Positions 50,901-63,581 are shown, numbered from the stretch's first letter. The stretch: 64,000 nt of DNA from Squalus acanthias (GCA_030390025.1 CM059433.1:31064001-31128000), one strand, 5' to 3'. The notes: generated by a model not told the origin, from the sequence alone. Made by a program: numbers and translations.

Positions 50901-52365
50901 CAGCCTTGTCTTTTGCACTCACGTGCTGGGCTCCCCCATCATTGAGGATTGGGATATTCTTGGAGCCTCCTCCTCCCGTTAGTTCTTTAATGGTCCACCA
51001 CCATTCATGATTGGATGTGGCAGGACTGCAGAGCTTTGATCTGATCCGTTGATTGTAGGATCGCTTAGCCCTGTCTAAAGCATGCTGCTTCTGCTTTTTA
51101 GCATGCATGTAGTCCTGTGTTGCAGCTTCCCCAGGTTGGCACCTCATTTTTAGGTACACCTGGTGCTGCTCCTGGCATGCTCTTCTACGCTCGTTGTTGA
51201 GCCAGGGTTGGTGGTAATGGTAGAGTGAGGAATATGCAGGGCCATGAGGTTACAGATTGTGGTGGAATACAATTCTGCTGCTGGCTCACAGCACCTCATG
51301 GATGCCCAGTTTTGAGCTACTAGATCTGTTCTGAATCTATCCCATTTAGCACAGTGGTAGTGCTACACAACAGAGGGTGTTCTCAGTGTGAAGACGGAGA
51401 CTTTGTCTACCACAATGACTGTGCGATGGTCACTTCTGCCAATGCTGTCATGGACAGATGCATCTGCGACAGGTAGAATTGATGAGAACAAGGTCAAGTA
51501 GATTTTTCCCTCGTGTTGGTTCACTCACCACCTATTGCAGGCCCAGACTCGCAGTTATGTCCTTCAGGACTCGGCCAGTAGTGGTGCTACCAAGCCACGC
51601 TTGGTGATGGACATTGAATTCCCCCACCCAGAGTACATTCTGTGCCCTTACTACTCTCAGTGCTTCTTCCAAGTGGTGTTCAACATGGAGGAGTACTGAT
51701 TCATCAGCTGAGGGAGGGCACTAGGTGGTAATCAGCAGGATGTTTCCTTGCCCATACTTGACCTGAAGCCATAAGACTTCATGGGGTCCAGACTCCCAGG
51801 GCCACCCCTTCCCAAATGTATACCACTGTGCCACCACCCCTGGTGGGGCTGTCCTGCTGGTGGGAACAGGACATACACAGGGATGGTGATGGAGGATTTT
51901 GAGACATTGGCTGTAAGGTATGATTCTGTGAGTATGACTATGTCAGGCTGTTGCTTGACTATTCTGTGCGACAGCTCTCCCAATTGTGGCACAAATCCCC
52001 AGATGTTGGTGAGGAGGACGTTGCAGGGTTGACTGGGCTGGGTGTGCTGTTGCCGTGTCTGTAGCCAGTGCCGAGGTCGCTGCCAGGTGGTCCATCCAGT
52101 TTCATTCTTATTATTTTGTTTCATACAACTGAGTGACTTGCTAGGCCATTTCAGAGGGCAGTTAAGAGTCAACCACATTGCTGTGGGTCTGTCACATATA
52201 GGCCAGACCAGGTAAGAACAGGAAATTTCCTTCCCTAAAGGACATTAGTGAATTAGATGGGTTTTTACAACAATCTGATAGCTTATGACACTAGCTTTTT
52301 ATTCCAGATTTATTTAATTAACTGGATTACTAGCCCAGTGACATTACCACTACACTACCGTCCCC
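47975..52365 (-). mobile_element. Near full-length, degenerate CR1-group LINE with a single EN-RT ORF and a tRNA-like 5' head; contains a nested CR1
   Basis: EN N-terminus (NIWGFVPQLGELSHRIVKQQPDIVILTESYL) at about 52010-51920; RT (AQFGFRQDHS, ALDIKAAFDQVWH, GVAQGSVLGP) at 49274-48890; C-terminus and 3' tail to 47975; A-box-like head at 52347-52357. Confidence 0.88.
49358..50620 (-). mobile_element. Young CR1 LINE 3' fragment nested in the LINE above
   Basis: VYMDFSKAFDKVPH, ISKFADDTK, LVRPELEYCVQF; TSD ATACCT at 49352-49357 and 50621-50626. Confidence 0.92.
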
Positions 52366-52384
52366 ATTTAAAAACACTTCTGAT

Positions 52385-52602
52385 CTAAGAACATAAGAAT
52401 TAGGAGCAGGAGTAGGCCATACGGCTCTTCGAGCCTGCTCTGCCATTCAATAAGATCATGGCTGGTCTTCGACCTCAACTCCACTTTCTCTCGATCTCCA
52501 TATCCCTAGAGTCCAAAAATCTATCTATCTCAGCCTTGAATATATTCAACAACTGAGCATCCATCGCCCTCTGGGGTAGAGAATTCCAAAGATTCACAAC
52601 CC
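52385..52602 (-). mobile_element. CR1 3' terminus (followed by an L2-type tail at about 52607-52668)
   Basis: RVVNLWNSLPQRAMDA and a 3' UTR matching 5765-6003. Confidence 0.8.
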
Positions 52603-53202
52603 TACTGACAAGTGCCTTGGGACATTTTACTATGTTGAAGGTACTATATAATAGCAAATTGTTGTTGATAGGCCCAGGTAGCCAGCAGCTATTAAACTGA
52701 CCATGCTGATTGGCTCAAATACCCCACTGTCCAAATGCAAGGTAATCACAAGCTAGTTTCAGTCACGAAACAGATAGAAAAGTCTCCAATTATCAATCAG
52801 CAAACGTCACAAAATTTCCTAATCCAATGACTCACTTTGTTCCCTAAGCCTGGCAACTTGGAATCAGCAACTTACCAGTCGAATTGCTCCAATAATTTAA
52901 TGAGTGATATCAATCATCATTTTCCTTCTTCACTCAAACATTTATATCAAAAACATGAAAAATTACACAATTCTGACAAAAAAAATGCTGTAAAAAAAAA
53001 TATCACTGAACCTTAAAATTAGTGATGTAATGTTAAAATGGCACCAAGAGCTTTCCCCCACAAAGACCTGCCCTTTTGTCTGGATCTTGGGTTTGAGTTG
53101 AACTTTCGTCTGGACCTTGGATGTTGGGGAGTTTTAGATGCTGTGGACAAATTTTGTGCGTGAAAGTGAGATGAAAATGTAGTTGTCACGCAGCTCTTGT
53201 GG

Positions 53203-53263
53203 AACTACATTACCCAGAATGCACCGTGACTTCCGGTGCAACTTGACAAGCCGGCAGACCAAT
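53203..53263 (+). promoter_or_regulatory. Candidate promoter/enhancer: ZNF143 (Staf) SBS motif, ETS site and CCAAT box
   Basis: AACTACATTACCCAGAATGCACC (53203-53225), ACTTCCGGT (53229-53237), CCAAT (53259-53263). Confidence 0.5.
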
Positions 53264-53761
53264 CACAAAGAACAATTCTAATGTGCAGGTAGCAGAGAAA
53301 AATACCAATTAAAAATAAAGAAGCTTGTTCACGATTTCAGTTTAGATTTTTTTTTTTAATTGAGCTATCAGTGGTGTTTGGGATGAGGGTGTTTTTTATG
53401 TTGTTTGAGGGGGACTGATTTTGCCCCAAGGCTAACAGGAAAGCTTCTGAAGCATTTTGATGCCAAACTACAAATCCACTGAGGAAAGTAAAGGAGCAGA
53501 AAATACATATTTTATAATTACATCAATAACTGAGAAAAGTTTTTGAAGAGGAGAAGAATAAATAGAGTACTTGCAACTTAAATAAATACTGTAAATCCTT
53601 CAAGGGATGCAGTGCAGATACCTGTTCTTAATCTTGAAAATAAATAAGAGGCTATGGGGAGGGAAGAACAAAGTTACTTGTATCTTCTGCACATTTTGCA
53701 AAGTGGCAGATAAATAGTATTACAAATATTCTGTGTGTGAAACTGTATTTCTCAGTGTAAG

Positions 53762-54140
53762 GTGTCAACCTTGGCTCAGTGGTAGCACTCTCACCTCTGT
53801 GGGTTGAAGTCCCACTCCAGAGACTTGATAACATATTGCAAACTGACACCTCAGTGCAGTACTGAGGGAGTGCTGTCAGATGAATCGTTAAACCGAGGCC
53901 CCGTCTGCTCTCTCAGTTGAACATAAACGATCCCACAGCAATATCTGAAGAAGAGCAGGCGAGTTCTCCCCGGTGTACTGGCCAATATTTATCCCTCAAC
54001 CAACATCACTGGAACAGCTTATCTGGTCATTATCTCATTGCTGTTTGTGGGACCTTCTTGTGTGCAAATTGGCTGTCATGTGTCCCTATATTTTGTGATG
54101 TCTTGAGGTGAATGATGCTAAATCAATGCAAATTCTTCAT
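53762..54140 (+). mobile_element. Deu-domain SINE
   Basis: A box TGGCTCAGTGG plus family body. Confidence 0.8.
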
Positions 54141-54177
54141 TTCTTTCTTTCTATTTTTTTTGTATCATGTCAATCAT

Positions 54178-54518
54178 GTAGAATTACATAGAATTTACAG
54201 CACAGAAACTAGCCATTCTTTCTATCCTTAATTTTTTCTTTGTTTCTTTCTTCTTGTCAGGTGAATTTAGTAGCAAATTGGTCTATGCCGGTGTTGATGC
54301 TCCACATTCTCACCACTCTCTGGGTGAAGAAGTAGCTCCTGAATTCCGTACTGGATTTATTCGTGACTATCTTATATTTTTGGCCTCTAGTTCGGGACTC
54401 CCCCAACAATAGAGATAGGCGCTATCTCTACCGTATCAAACCCTTTCAGAGTTTTAAAGACCCCGATTAGGTCGCACATCAGTCTTCTCTTTTCCAGAGA
54501 AAACAGCCCCAGCCTGCA
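54178..54518 (-). mobile_element. CR1 3' fragment
   Basis: RLGLFSLEKRRLMCDLIGVFKTLKGFD. Confidence 0.7.
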
Positions 54519-54525
54519 ACATATG

Positions 54526-55294
54526 CGACCAGATTTTGCTTTAAAAATAATGGCGTCTGAACTATGTGCGCCGTTATTAATGCGCAACTCGTCCAGCAAC
54601 TTGTGGCGAGGAAGAGATATCCCGTGAACTGCGAATCATCACAAGTTGCTGGACGATTTGCCCTGGTCCGCCGTTAGCGTCGCGAAAATGGCATCTCGCG
54701 CTTAACCTCCCCGTGAGTTTCATGAAGTTGCTGCATTTGCACATTAATTCGCCCGTTAAACTCGCTACAGAAGGTTACATCTAGTAATTATCAGCATAAG
54801 TATCCTTTTACCGATGTGATAATTGTTAATAACTGCCCATCAACCTCTCTTGCCCAGAAAGTAAACAATTAGAAATGTGGAGTCTCATTCCTTCAGGTTG
54901 TGAAATGTTTCAGGAGATTTAAAAAATGTCAAATTTTAATTTTTTTTCTTACTTTATCTTTTGGTCTCTTCTTTTCTCTCTCGTAATCCAATCTTTCTTT
55001 CCCACTCTTTATTTCCCTTTCTGTACCTGATTGGGCATTGAATTCACCCTATTTCCTTCTCTGTCGTTCCTCTGTTTCTTTCTCAATCCTTTAATCTGAT
55101 TGGTTAAGCAGATACCCTGTTTGTCCCACTGTTCACCAAGGTCCCAGATACCTTCCCAGTTTCCCTCGCCGCACCGTTATCAGCTCGCACTTCCAGCAAC
55201 TTTATGGGCAAAAATTTAAAAACCTAAATGTGCCCGAACAAATCTAACCAACGGGTCACGCCGTGAGATTCCCCGCTCCAGCAAAATGTGGCCC
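54526..55294. mobile_element. MITE family B, copy 1
   Basis: GACCAGATTTTGC ... GCAAAATGTGGCCC TIR; interior homologous to 59104-60061 (inverted) and 60252-60845. Confidence 0.75.
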
Positions 55295-55601
55295 ATTGCT
55301 TCAGTAATGGGTAAACTGCTGGACTGTTCAAACTGCAGCAGGACCACAGTAAAGTTCCAAAACTAGAACCCAAACTAAATCCAGGTCCCAGACTAGCAGT
55401 GATTAACTCCATGGGGACCTGCTAGAATATTAAAATAATGCTGTAGCACTAATATTTAAGTCAATTGAAACCCAAAACGTCTGAGGCTTCTTGACTAATT
55501 TTAGTGGATGTTTCTTTTGAATTTGAGGCTCAGTTATTACCTTCAGGAATAGTTTTGGAATAGGCCCTCAATTTACAAAGTTTATCCAGCATTTTAAGAT
55601 T

Positions 55602-56665
55602 CAACAACAACTTGTATTTATATAGCGCATTTAACATAATAAAACATCCCAAGGTGCTTCACAGGAGTGTTGTAAAACAAAATTTGACACCGAGCCACAT
55701 AAGGAGAAATTAGGGCAGATGACCAAAAGCTTGGTCAAAGAGGTAGGTTTTAAGGAACATCTTAAAGGAGAAGAGAGAGGCAGAAAGATTTAGGAAGGGA
55801 ATTCCAGAGCTTAGGGCAGAGGCAACAGAAGGCACGGCCACCAATGGTTGAGCGATTATATTCAGGGATGCTCAAGAGGCCAGAATTAGAGGAGTGCAGA
55901 TATCTCGGGGGGTTGTGGGGCTGAAGGAAAATACAGAGATAGGGAGGTCCATGGCCATGGAGGGATTTGAAAACAAGGATGAGAATTTTAAAATCGAGGT
56001 GTTGCTTAACCGGGAGCCAATGTAGGTCAGTGAGCACAGGGATGATGGGTGAACAAGACTTGGTGCGAGTTAGGACAGGGGCAGCTGAGTTTTGGATGAC
56101 TTCAAGTTTACGTAGGGTAGAACGTGGGAGGCCAGCCAGGAGTGCATTGGAATAGTCAGGTCTAGAGGTAACAAAGGCATGGATGAGGGTTTCAGCAGCA
56201 GATGAGCTGAGGCAAGGGCGGAGACGGGCGATGTTACGGAGGGGGAGATAGGTGGTCTTAGTTATGCTGAGGATATGTGATCGGAAGCACATTTCAGGGT
56301 CAGATATGACACCAAGGTTGCGAACAGTGTGGTTCAGCCTCAGACAGATGCTAGAGAGAGGGATGGAGTCAGTGGTTAGGGATCGGAGTTTGTGGCGGGG
56401 ACCGAAGACAATGGCTTCAGTCTTCCCAATATTTAGCTGGAGGAAATTTCTGCTCATCCAGTACTGGATGTCGGACTAGCAGCCTGACAATTTAGAGACA
56501 GTGGAGGAGTTGAGAGAAGTGGTGGTGAGGTAGAGATGGGTGTCATCAGCGTACATGTGGAAACAGGTGCCATGTTTTCAGATGATGTCACCGAGGGGCA
56601 GCATGTAGATGAGAAATAGAAAAGGGCCAAGGATAGATCCTTGGGGGACACCAGAGGTAACGATT
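55602..56665 (-). mobile_element. L2 LINE 3' portion (RT C-terminus)
   Basis: ORF 55762-56457: LQLNIGKTEAI..VRNLGVI..LIHAFVTSRPDYSNALLAGLP..LHWLPV; GVPQGSILGP and MYADDT near 56540-56660. Confidence 0.9.
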
Positions 56666-56819
56666 CAAACCTAATGTGACCATGCAGGAGACATAATTCG
56701 TACACACGACCCTCTAATAGTTTACAAGACACTGAGACTGCTCAGGGCAACCTGGTACTGCAGCCCAATAGTTAGTGGCTAAATAATGGATCGTTCAACA
56801 TCTCTGTGCAACCCATGCA

Positions 56820-58050
56820 ACAATTAAAAAGGCTAATGGAATGTTAGCCTTCAACTCATGGGGGCTGGAATACAAAGGGGAGGAAGTTATGTAGCAGTTA
56901 TATAAAGCTCTAGTTAGACCCCATTTCGAGTACTATATTTAGTTCTGGGCACTGCACCTCAGGAAGGCTATATTGGCCTTGGTGGGGAACGCAGGTTCAC
57001 CAGGATGATACCAGGGCTAAAAGGGTTAAATTATGAGGACAGTTTGCATAGACTAGGCTTGTATTTCCTCGAGTATAGAGATTAAGGGGTGATCTAATTG
57101 AGGTGTTGAAAATGATTAAAGGAATTGACAGGGTAGACAGAGAGAAACTATTTCCTCGGGTGGGGGAGTCTAGAACAAGGAGACATAGGGCTGGATTTTG
57201 CCAGCCCTGGGGAGGCGGGTTTGGAGGCGGGACTGCCGGGAAAATGGCAGAATTTGGGGGCAGGAAGGGATTACAGCCACTTAACTGCCTGTTAACAGGT
57301 AGTTAACAGGCAGAAAATAGGATTATCCCCTTTTTTCCCTCACAAGTGCGGGCTTCCCGAAGACTCCGAAACCCGCCAGGGTCACCGAGGCGAGCAGCGG
57401 GTCTGCGGGGGTTGGAGGGGTCCAAAAGTGCGCTGTGAAGGTAAGTGATGTGAGCAAGTGTGGAGAGGTGAGTATCTGAGGTAAGTGGAAAGTGTTAGAA
57501 AAAGTTTACTTACCTTTGTTTCTTCCTGCAGGCTTCAGTCGGTGGGTATGTGGAGAGTCTCGCACCTCCACGGTAGAGATGACAGATGGCTGTTGCATTC
57601 TCCAATGCAACAACCATCTCATTTCTGCAAAAGAAAGAGGTTTGATGAGTCTTGAATTCAAGACCTCATCAAACTACAGAGAATGTCACTGTTTGACAGC
57701 TTCACAGAGCTGTCAAACGATGACAATTCATCTGTCAAAAATTTTTGACAGATGAAATGTCATACGTTGACGTTCTCTGTAACCGGCTTTCCCTTAATTG
57801 GCCTGCTAAGCCCGCTGGGTGGGCTGAACAAGGTCAATCAAGGGAAAATAGCGTGGGTTGGCCAGAAGTCGATGGAGGCGGGGCTGAAACCCGACAAGTG
57901 GGAGTCCCGCCTCCAAAAGCTCCCCATTGGCAAAATCACCCTCCCAATCTTAAAATTAGAGTTAGGCCGTTCAGGGGTAACACAAGGCCAGTGGAAATCT
58001 GGAACTCACTCTCCCAAAGAGCTGGGGGTTAATTGAAAATTTCAAAACTA
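56820..58050 (+). mobile_element. CR1 LINE 3' fragment interrupted by a MITE
   Basis: MIKGIDRVDREKLFPRVGESRTRRH|NLKIRVRPFR..EIWNSL. Confidence 0.85.
57188..57943. mobile_element. Non-autonomous Harbinger element related to 33942-36669
   Basis: GGGCTGGATTTTGCCAGC..GGCGGGTTTGGAGG left end and GTTAAC subterminal palindromes resemble the ends of the Harbinger copies; right end GGCAAAATCACCC. Confidence 0.78.
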
Positions 58051-59103
58051 TTTTATGGGATACAATTAATGTTCATCTAAATGCCATAGAGGCAATAAGG
58101 AATAGTCAGCACTGAAGTGCTGCTTCACAAAGCTAGTGGAATTATTTGAAGAGGGAACTAATTTGGTGTATGTGAGCCATCCAGTGACTAGCATTTACTT
58201 GGACTTTCAGATGACTTTTGATTTGGTTCTGTGTCTGATGCTTTTGAAAATCAAGTCGCATGGAATTTCTGTAAAATTAGCTGGCTGGATTAAAAACAGA
58301 ACTTATTTTGTATCTCTAGCTCTGTAATTCACAGCTTGCAGTCCAACAAATTATTTTGGCAGGCGAGTTAATAATCAGAACACTCTCAGTTGATGCACAA
58401 ACAGTGCTGGTAACAAGTCTTCTCACAACAACACAAGTAAAATTGGCACGCACGTTACCCAGAGCACGATCAGAGTGGAAGTTATTGCTGTACAGGCAAT
58501 ACCTCGTTAGCCTCAATTGCAGCGATGTGACTACATACAAACACACAAAAATGACGGGCAGGGAACAACCAGCTGGTCCATCAAGCCTGCCCCACACCAG
58601 TTGGCTATTCTTCACGTGTACACCTGGACTTTTAGAGCCAGCAGAGTATTTAGCCATTCATGTGAATCACAGGCAAGCTTACTCCTGCCTTCGCCCTTGA
58701 CATCCACACACAACTTTCCAGCAAGAGTCACCGGAGGCAGGAACCCAGCCAGTTCCCCTTCCCAGGGCACCGTGACTAACTGTGGTATTCCAAGCCCTGG
58801 CACAGGTCATCAGAACAAGCCGGTAGTTAGCAGCAATCATGAGTACTGTGCCCAGACAAAAGACCTTAAAATAAACATTTGGGAGGGTCTAGTTAAGCCT
58901 TAATGCTTTCACAGTTACTTATAGATCATGTTAATGTCTTCAAACATGTTTTAACATTTTCGCAGGAACGAGATGAATTCATAGCTTGGAACGTTGCAAC
59001 TTTTCTTAAAATTAAAGCACCTTCCGGCAGAGGACAAGCTGACTGCAAAAATCAACTTGGAAAAGACAAAATACATCGTTGCCTTTTTTTTTTACATAAT
59101 AAT

Positions 59104-60061
59104 GGGCCGGATCTTGCTGGAGCGAGGCATCTCGTGCCGTGCCCCATTAGACTTCTTCCCTCACCCTTCAGCTGGAAAATGTTTTGCCCTGTAACTTGCT
59201 GGAAGTGTGAGCTGATAACGGTGCGGCAAGGGCAATGGGACATCCGGGACTTTGGTGAATGATGGGTGTGTGGCGGATCGCCACCTAAACGGGCATTACC
59301 CACTTTTCCGTCCATGGACAAATATCGATGCACCTTCCCTTTAAGGCACCTTACCTTTAAGGCAGAGTGGGCGGGGCCTCAGGATTTTGCCAGAGAATTC
59401 TGGGAGCAGTCTTTTCAGCCATTTTGTGCCATGCAGTTGCATTAAAGAAGTCTCTTGTTTTACACACATGGATTCAGCCTTAATTCGTGTTTCGCGGCAG
59501 CCTCAACAGGACAAACACTCTACCTCCTCAACCAATGAGATTTAAGGATTGAGAAAGAAACAGAGGAACGACAGTGAAGGAAATAGGGTGAAATAGAGTC
59601 AAATCAGGTACAGGAAGAGAAATAAAGAGAGGCAAGAAAGATTGCATTAAGAGAGAGAAAAAAAAGACAGAAAGGAAAATTAAGAAATTTTTAAAATCTC
59701 TAACAACAATTTATTACCTGCAGGAATGAGACTCAACAGTTTAAATTCTTCCCTTTCTGGGTTGGAGAGATTGATTGGCATTGCATTAACAATTATCACA
59801 TCATTACACTATTAATTATGAGCCCTAACTTTCTATGGCGATCTTAATGGGCAATTAGTGTGCAAATCCAGCAAGTTCTTATAAATAATGGAGAGGTGCT
59901 GTTTGTGCGAAGAAACTGTGGAGCGATGTAAATCGACCAGCAAGTTTTGAGATTCGCAACTCACGGTGTATCTCTTCATCCCCTGAACTTGCTGGCTGAT
60001 TTACGCATTACTAACGGTGTGTGTCGTTAACACGCCGTTATTTTCCAGGACGATTTGGCGC
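59104..60061. mobile_element. MITE family B, copy 2 (inverted relative to copy 1)
   Basis: GGGCCGGATCTTGCTGGAGCG start matches the reverse complement of 55274-55294. Confidence 0.72.
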
Positions 60062-60150
60062 ACAATGTTTAAAATGCAACAATTCATTAAAAGGCTTTGC
60101 TGATTGCTCAAGCACTTTCCATGCAGCACTAGCCATCAATATCATTTCTT

Positions 60151-60250
60151 CATTATCATCCATTGTCCCCTTCAATTTGACTGATTGAACTCGTAGTAAC
60201 AGGTGCATGGGTTCAATCATTCAAATTTGAGGGGACAATGGATGATAATG
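60151..60250. repeat. 100-bp near-perfect hairpin (40-bp arms, 20-nt loop)
   Basis: CATTATCATCCATTGTCCCCTTCAATTTGACTGATTGAAC / GTTCAATCATTCAAATTTGAGGGGACAATGGATGATAATG. Confidence 0.92.
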
Positions 60251-60251
60251 T

Positions 60252-60845
60252 ACCAGACTCTGCTGCCAAAATAACAGTGAAGCTGATGGAGCTCACCGTT
60301 ATTTATGCGTAAATGATACAGCAACTTCAGGCGAGTAGCAGATGTGTGGTTAAATACCAATATCTAGAAGTTGCTGTCCGAGTTGCACCGCTCCACCGTT
60401 AGGTTCATGAAAACGGCACCTGTCTCACCATTGAAATGCAATGAATGTCGTGAAGTTGCTGCATTTGCGCAGTAGATATGAACTAAACCCACCACAGATA
60501 ATTACAAGCATAAATACCCTTTAACGATGTGATAAGTGTTAATGACTGCCAATCAACCACTCTGGCACCAAAAATGAACTATTACAAGTATGGAGTCACA
60601 TTCCTTCAGGTTGTGAATTGTTTTAGGAGATTTTAAAAATGTCAATTATTTTTCTTACTTTTCCTTTGTCACTTTTTTCTCTTAATCCAACCTGATTTGA
60701 CATTGAATTCACACCCTTTAATTCACCCTCCTTCTCAGTCTTTCTGCTGTTTATTTCCCAATCCTTAAATCTCATTGGCTAAGGAGGTACCCTATTGGCT
60801 GCCCTGTTCACTCAGGTCCCAGATGTCCAGTTTCCCTCACTGCGC
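60252..60845. mobile_element. MITE family B, copy 3, truncated
   Basis: Colinear with 54528-55170 (GAAGTTGCTGCATTTGC, CATTCCTTCAGGTTGTGAA, GGTCCCAGAT). Confidence 0.72.
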
Positions 60846-60938
60846 AAGGGGACAGTGGGAGTAATTGGATGGCTCTTTCAAAGTGCCGGCACAGGCACAA
60901 TGCGCCAAATGGCCTCCTTCTGTGCTGTGAGATTCTAT

Positions 60939-61668
60939 GGGCTAGAATGGGCCTCCGGGGGGTGATAACGGGGCGCTAAGGACTTACCGCCCAGGCGCAG
61001 CGATGTTACCGCCGCCCGTGCAATTCACCTGCCGGTTTGCGATGGCGGTAACCCCTGGCGCCACGATCTCCTGCGCCCGGAGATCATGACGTCATTCGGC
61101 TGCGCATCGCCCCGGTAGCGCCCCGTACCCGAAATTCATTTCCGCCCCCTGCAGCATCGCCGGGCAATGACACCGACAGCTGCAGGAGGCGTTGATGGGG
61201 AGGCCAGGCGCTTCAGGGGTGAGACTTAAAGGTGAGGTGGCCGAGGTAGATGATAAAAAAATCTGATATGCTCTTTGCGTTTTTTTTTTCCGTTGCCAGC
61301 CATCGATCAGCCCGGCACTCTGCTGCAGTGCATCGGGCTGGTCAGGCCGGATCACGGCTGCCGTCAGGGACCAGGTAAGTTTTGCCCTTGCAGAGCCTGC
61401 AGCGATGGCCCTTCCCTTTAAGGGATGGAAGGAGCCTTTCAGCGCAGCAATGCTGCACAGCCCATTGCGCAGCGTTGCTCAGCTGCCGCCCCGCCTACTG
61501 CCTGTTGTGCTCCAGGAATGAAGAGGAGTGCTTGATTTAGCGCTCCACTTCCTTCCTGGAGCGCAAAACCAAATTTTTTAAAAGTTGAGAAACAGTAGCG
61601 CCTGCCGCTAATTTTCTCAACTTTTAAAAGTTAGCGCCCCAAACGGAACGATAATGAACTTCTCCCCC
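60939..61668. mobile_element. CpG-rich Harbinger-type MITE
   Basis: tat|GGGCTAGAA ... TTCTCCCCC|tat, a 3-bp TSD inside a CR1 tail (GATTCTAT-GATT). Confidence 0.8.
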
Positions 61669-61980
61669 TATGATTTTTTTTTAACTAGTGGCCCCTACGT
61701 TTTGAACACTTTGCAATAATTGAACAATTTGCCTGGATCAATTTGATAAATCGCGATGATTAATAGATAGATTGTAAAATTGAACAGTGGTATGAAAGTT
61801 TATTAGACTAAATATTATGCTGGTAACAGCTGAAGGTATATCTTGCAGCTATTCAAGCGATTGGGTGGAGAGCGCTTACGTATTGATATGTGATTCTGGA
61901 AGAATAACCCTGGATAAAGCTCGCCAACACATATCGATTACTGAATACATAGAAACAGAATGGAAAATTGGCATTTAATA

Positions 61981-62675
61981 GGGTAGAGTTTCCGCTTTGG
62001 GTGTAATCTGCGAAACGGGTGCAAATTGCGCCCAAAGTTGCGCCCATTTTCTTTTTCTTGATTTTCTGCTGAAATTCATTTGCATATTGCCGAACGCAAA
62101 ATCTGCCTTGAATCAGTGCAATCGGGCAGCATTTTCAAATTTTAAAAAAAAATTTGCTTTACAAAATATTTCTTGATATATTTAAGAGTGGTAACTTAGT
62201 AAAGTTTGATTAATACAGCTGAACATGGGTTTATCACAAAAAACAAGCATTTTTAATCACAGTGTCAATCCACCACCTGTGAGTAACCCGATTTTAAATG
62301 ACTGAAAATTACTTAAAAAAATATGCAAAACTATTTTCTAGTTAGATTGAGGTGCAGTAGTCAGCTCCTTAGTAAATTAAAAAAAAATTCAAAACCTTTC
62401 AAAACGTGCCTAATATTGTTCTTGCGCCCAAAAGCTCCAGCTTAATTTTAAGAGCCTCCTCGAAGGCCCGCATTTGTGCGCAATTAGCGGAAACTCCCAA
62501 CGCCTGTTTTGTGGGCGGGGTCGGCTTCTAGCGCGATGTTTTTAAAATGAGCGCAAAAGATCGCGGACATCCGAGTTGCACGGAACGCAATTCCGCGATC
62601 TTTTGCGCCGGTTATGCCGATATCAAGCGAATTGCGCCGATAAAAACAGTGCAAGCTAGCGGAAACTGCAGGCCC
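61981..62675. mobile_element. Harbinger-type MITE
   Basis: ata|GGGTAGAGTTTCCGCT ... AGCGGAAACTGCAGGCCC|tta. Confidence 0.72.
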
Positions 62676-62839
62676 TTAATGTTTAAAGGTGCTGTTTCGA
62701 TGCTGACACTCTAAGTTGTCTTGGCAAATGTTTACTCTGTCTGAGGAAAAAGTGACCCTATTAAAGGTAACAGTAAAAGATCCAGGACGCCCTTGATATC
62801 TCAAAGGTTTGTCTCCCCCCCGCCGTAAATATTGATATT

Positions 62840-63581
62840 GGCCCAGAAATTGATCTCGCTCTGTTCCCGCGGGGGTAAGCCTTTCCCGCGATGTCTCACC
62901 TCGCTTATGCTTTTTCTGATCCAGCTCGCACGAAATTGATGTTCCAGACATCAGCTGTGCTGGGCTTGCGTATCCCAGCGGCGTAGTTAATTCGTGCGAG
63001 CTGTGGGATCACGTGACTCAGTTAGAGCCAATGGCAGCACACCATCTTCCATTCATAAGTCTCACAGCATGGCTGAGAGACTTATGAATCTTACACCCCC
63101 CCAAAATAACAGCTAAACCTCAATTAAATTAAAAAAAAACCATCACATTAATAAAATAAGTATAGTTAATTAAATTAACCATTTTAAATAAAAAATTAAA
63201 TTTTTGAAAAAATTTAAAATCTTTTAAAAAGTTATAAAAATAAACTTACCTGTCTTTAAAGTCTATAAAAAAGATATACCTGTAAAAAAAAATTCAAAAA
63301 AATACTTAATTCACTACTTACCTTCTTAAAAGCGGGTCTTACTCCTCCTTTTTACATTTCCAAAATCTTCCCTACTTACCTGCGCGTCCAAAGCATGAAG
63401 TGCACAGCGTGCGCGCAGCCTGTAGCGCGCACGCGATGCACTCCGGCCCCGCCCCCTTTTCGGAAGAGCAATTGCCGGTTTTCAGCGCATGCGCAGGGCA
63501 TGCAGAAAACCGGCAATTGGAGTGGGAATACGCGAGAGTATGCAGTGCGTACTCTCGCGTCCCGGGATCAATTTTCGGCCC
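62840..63581. mobile_element. Harbinger-type MITE
   Basis: att|GGCCCAGAAATTGATC ... GATCAATTTTCGGCCC|att, a 3-bp TSD. Confidence 0.82.
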
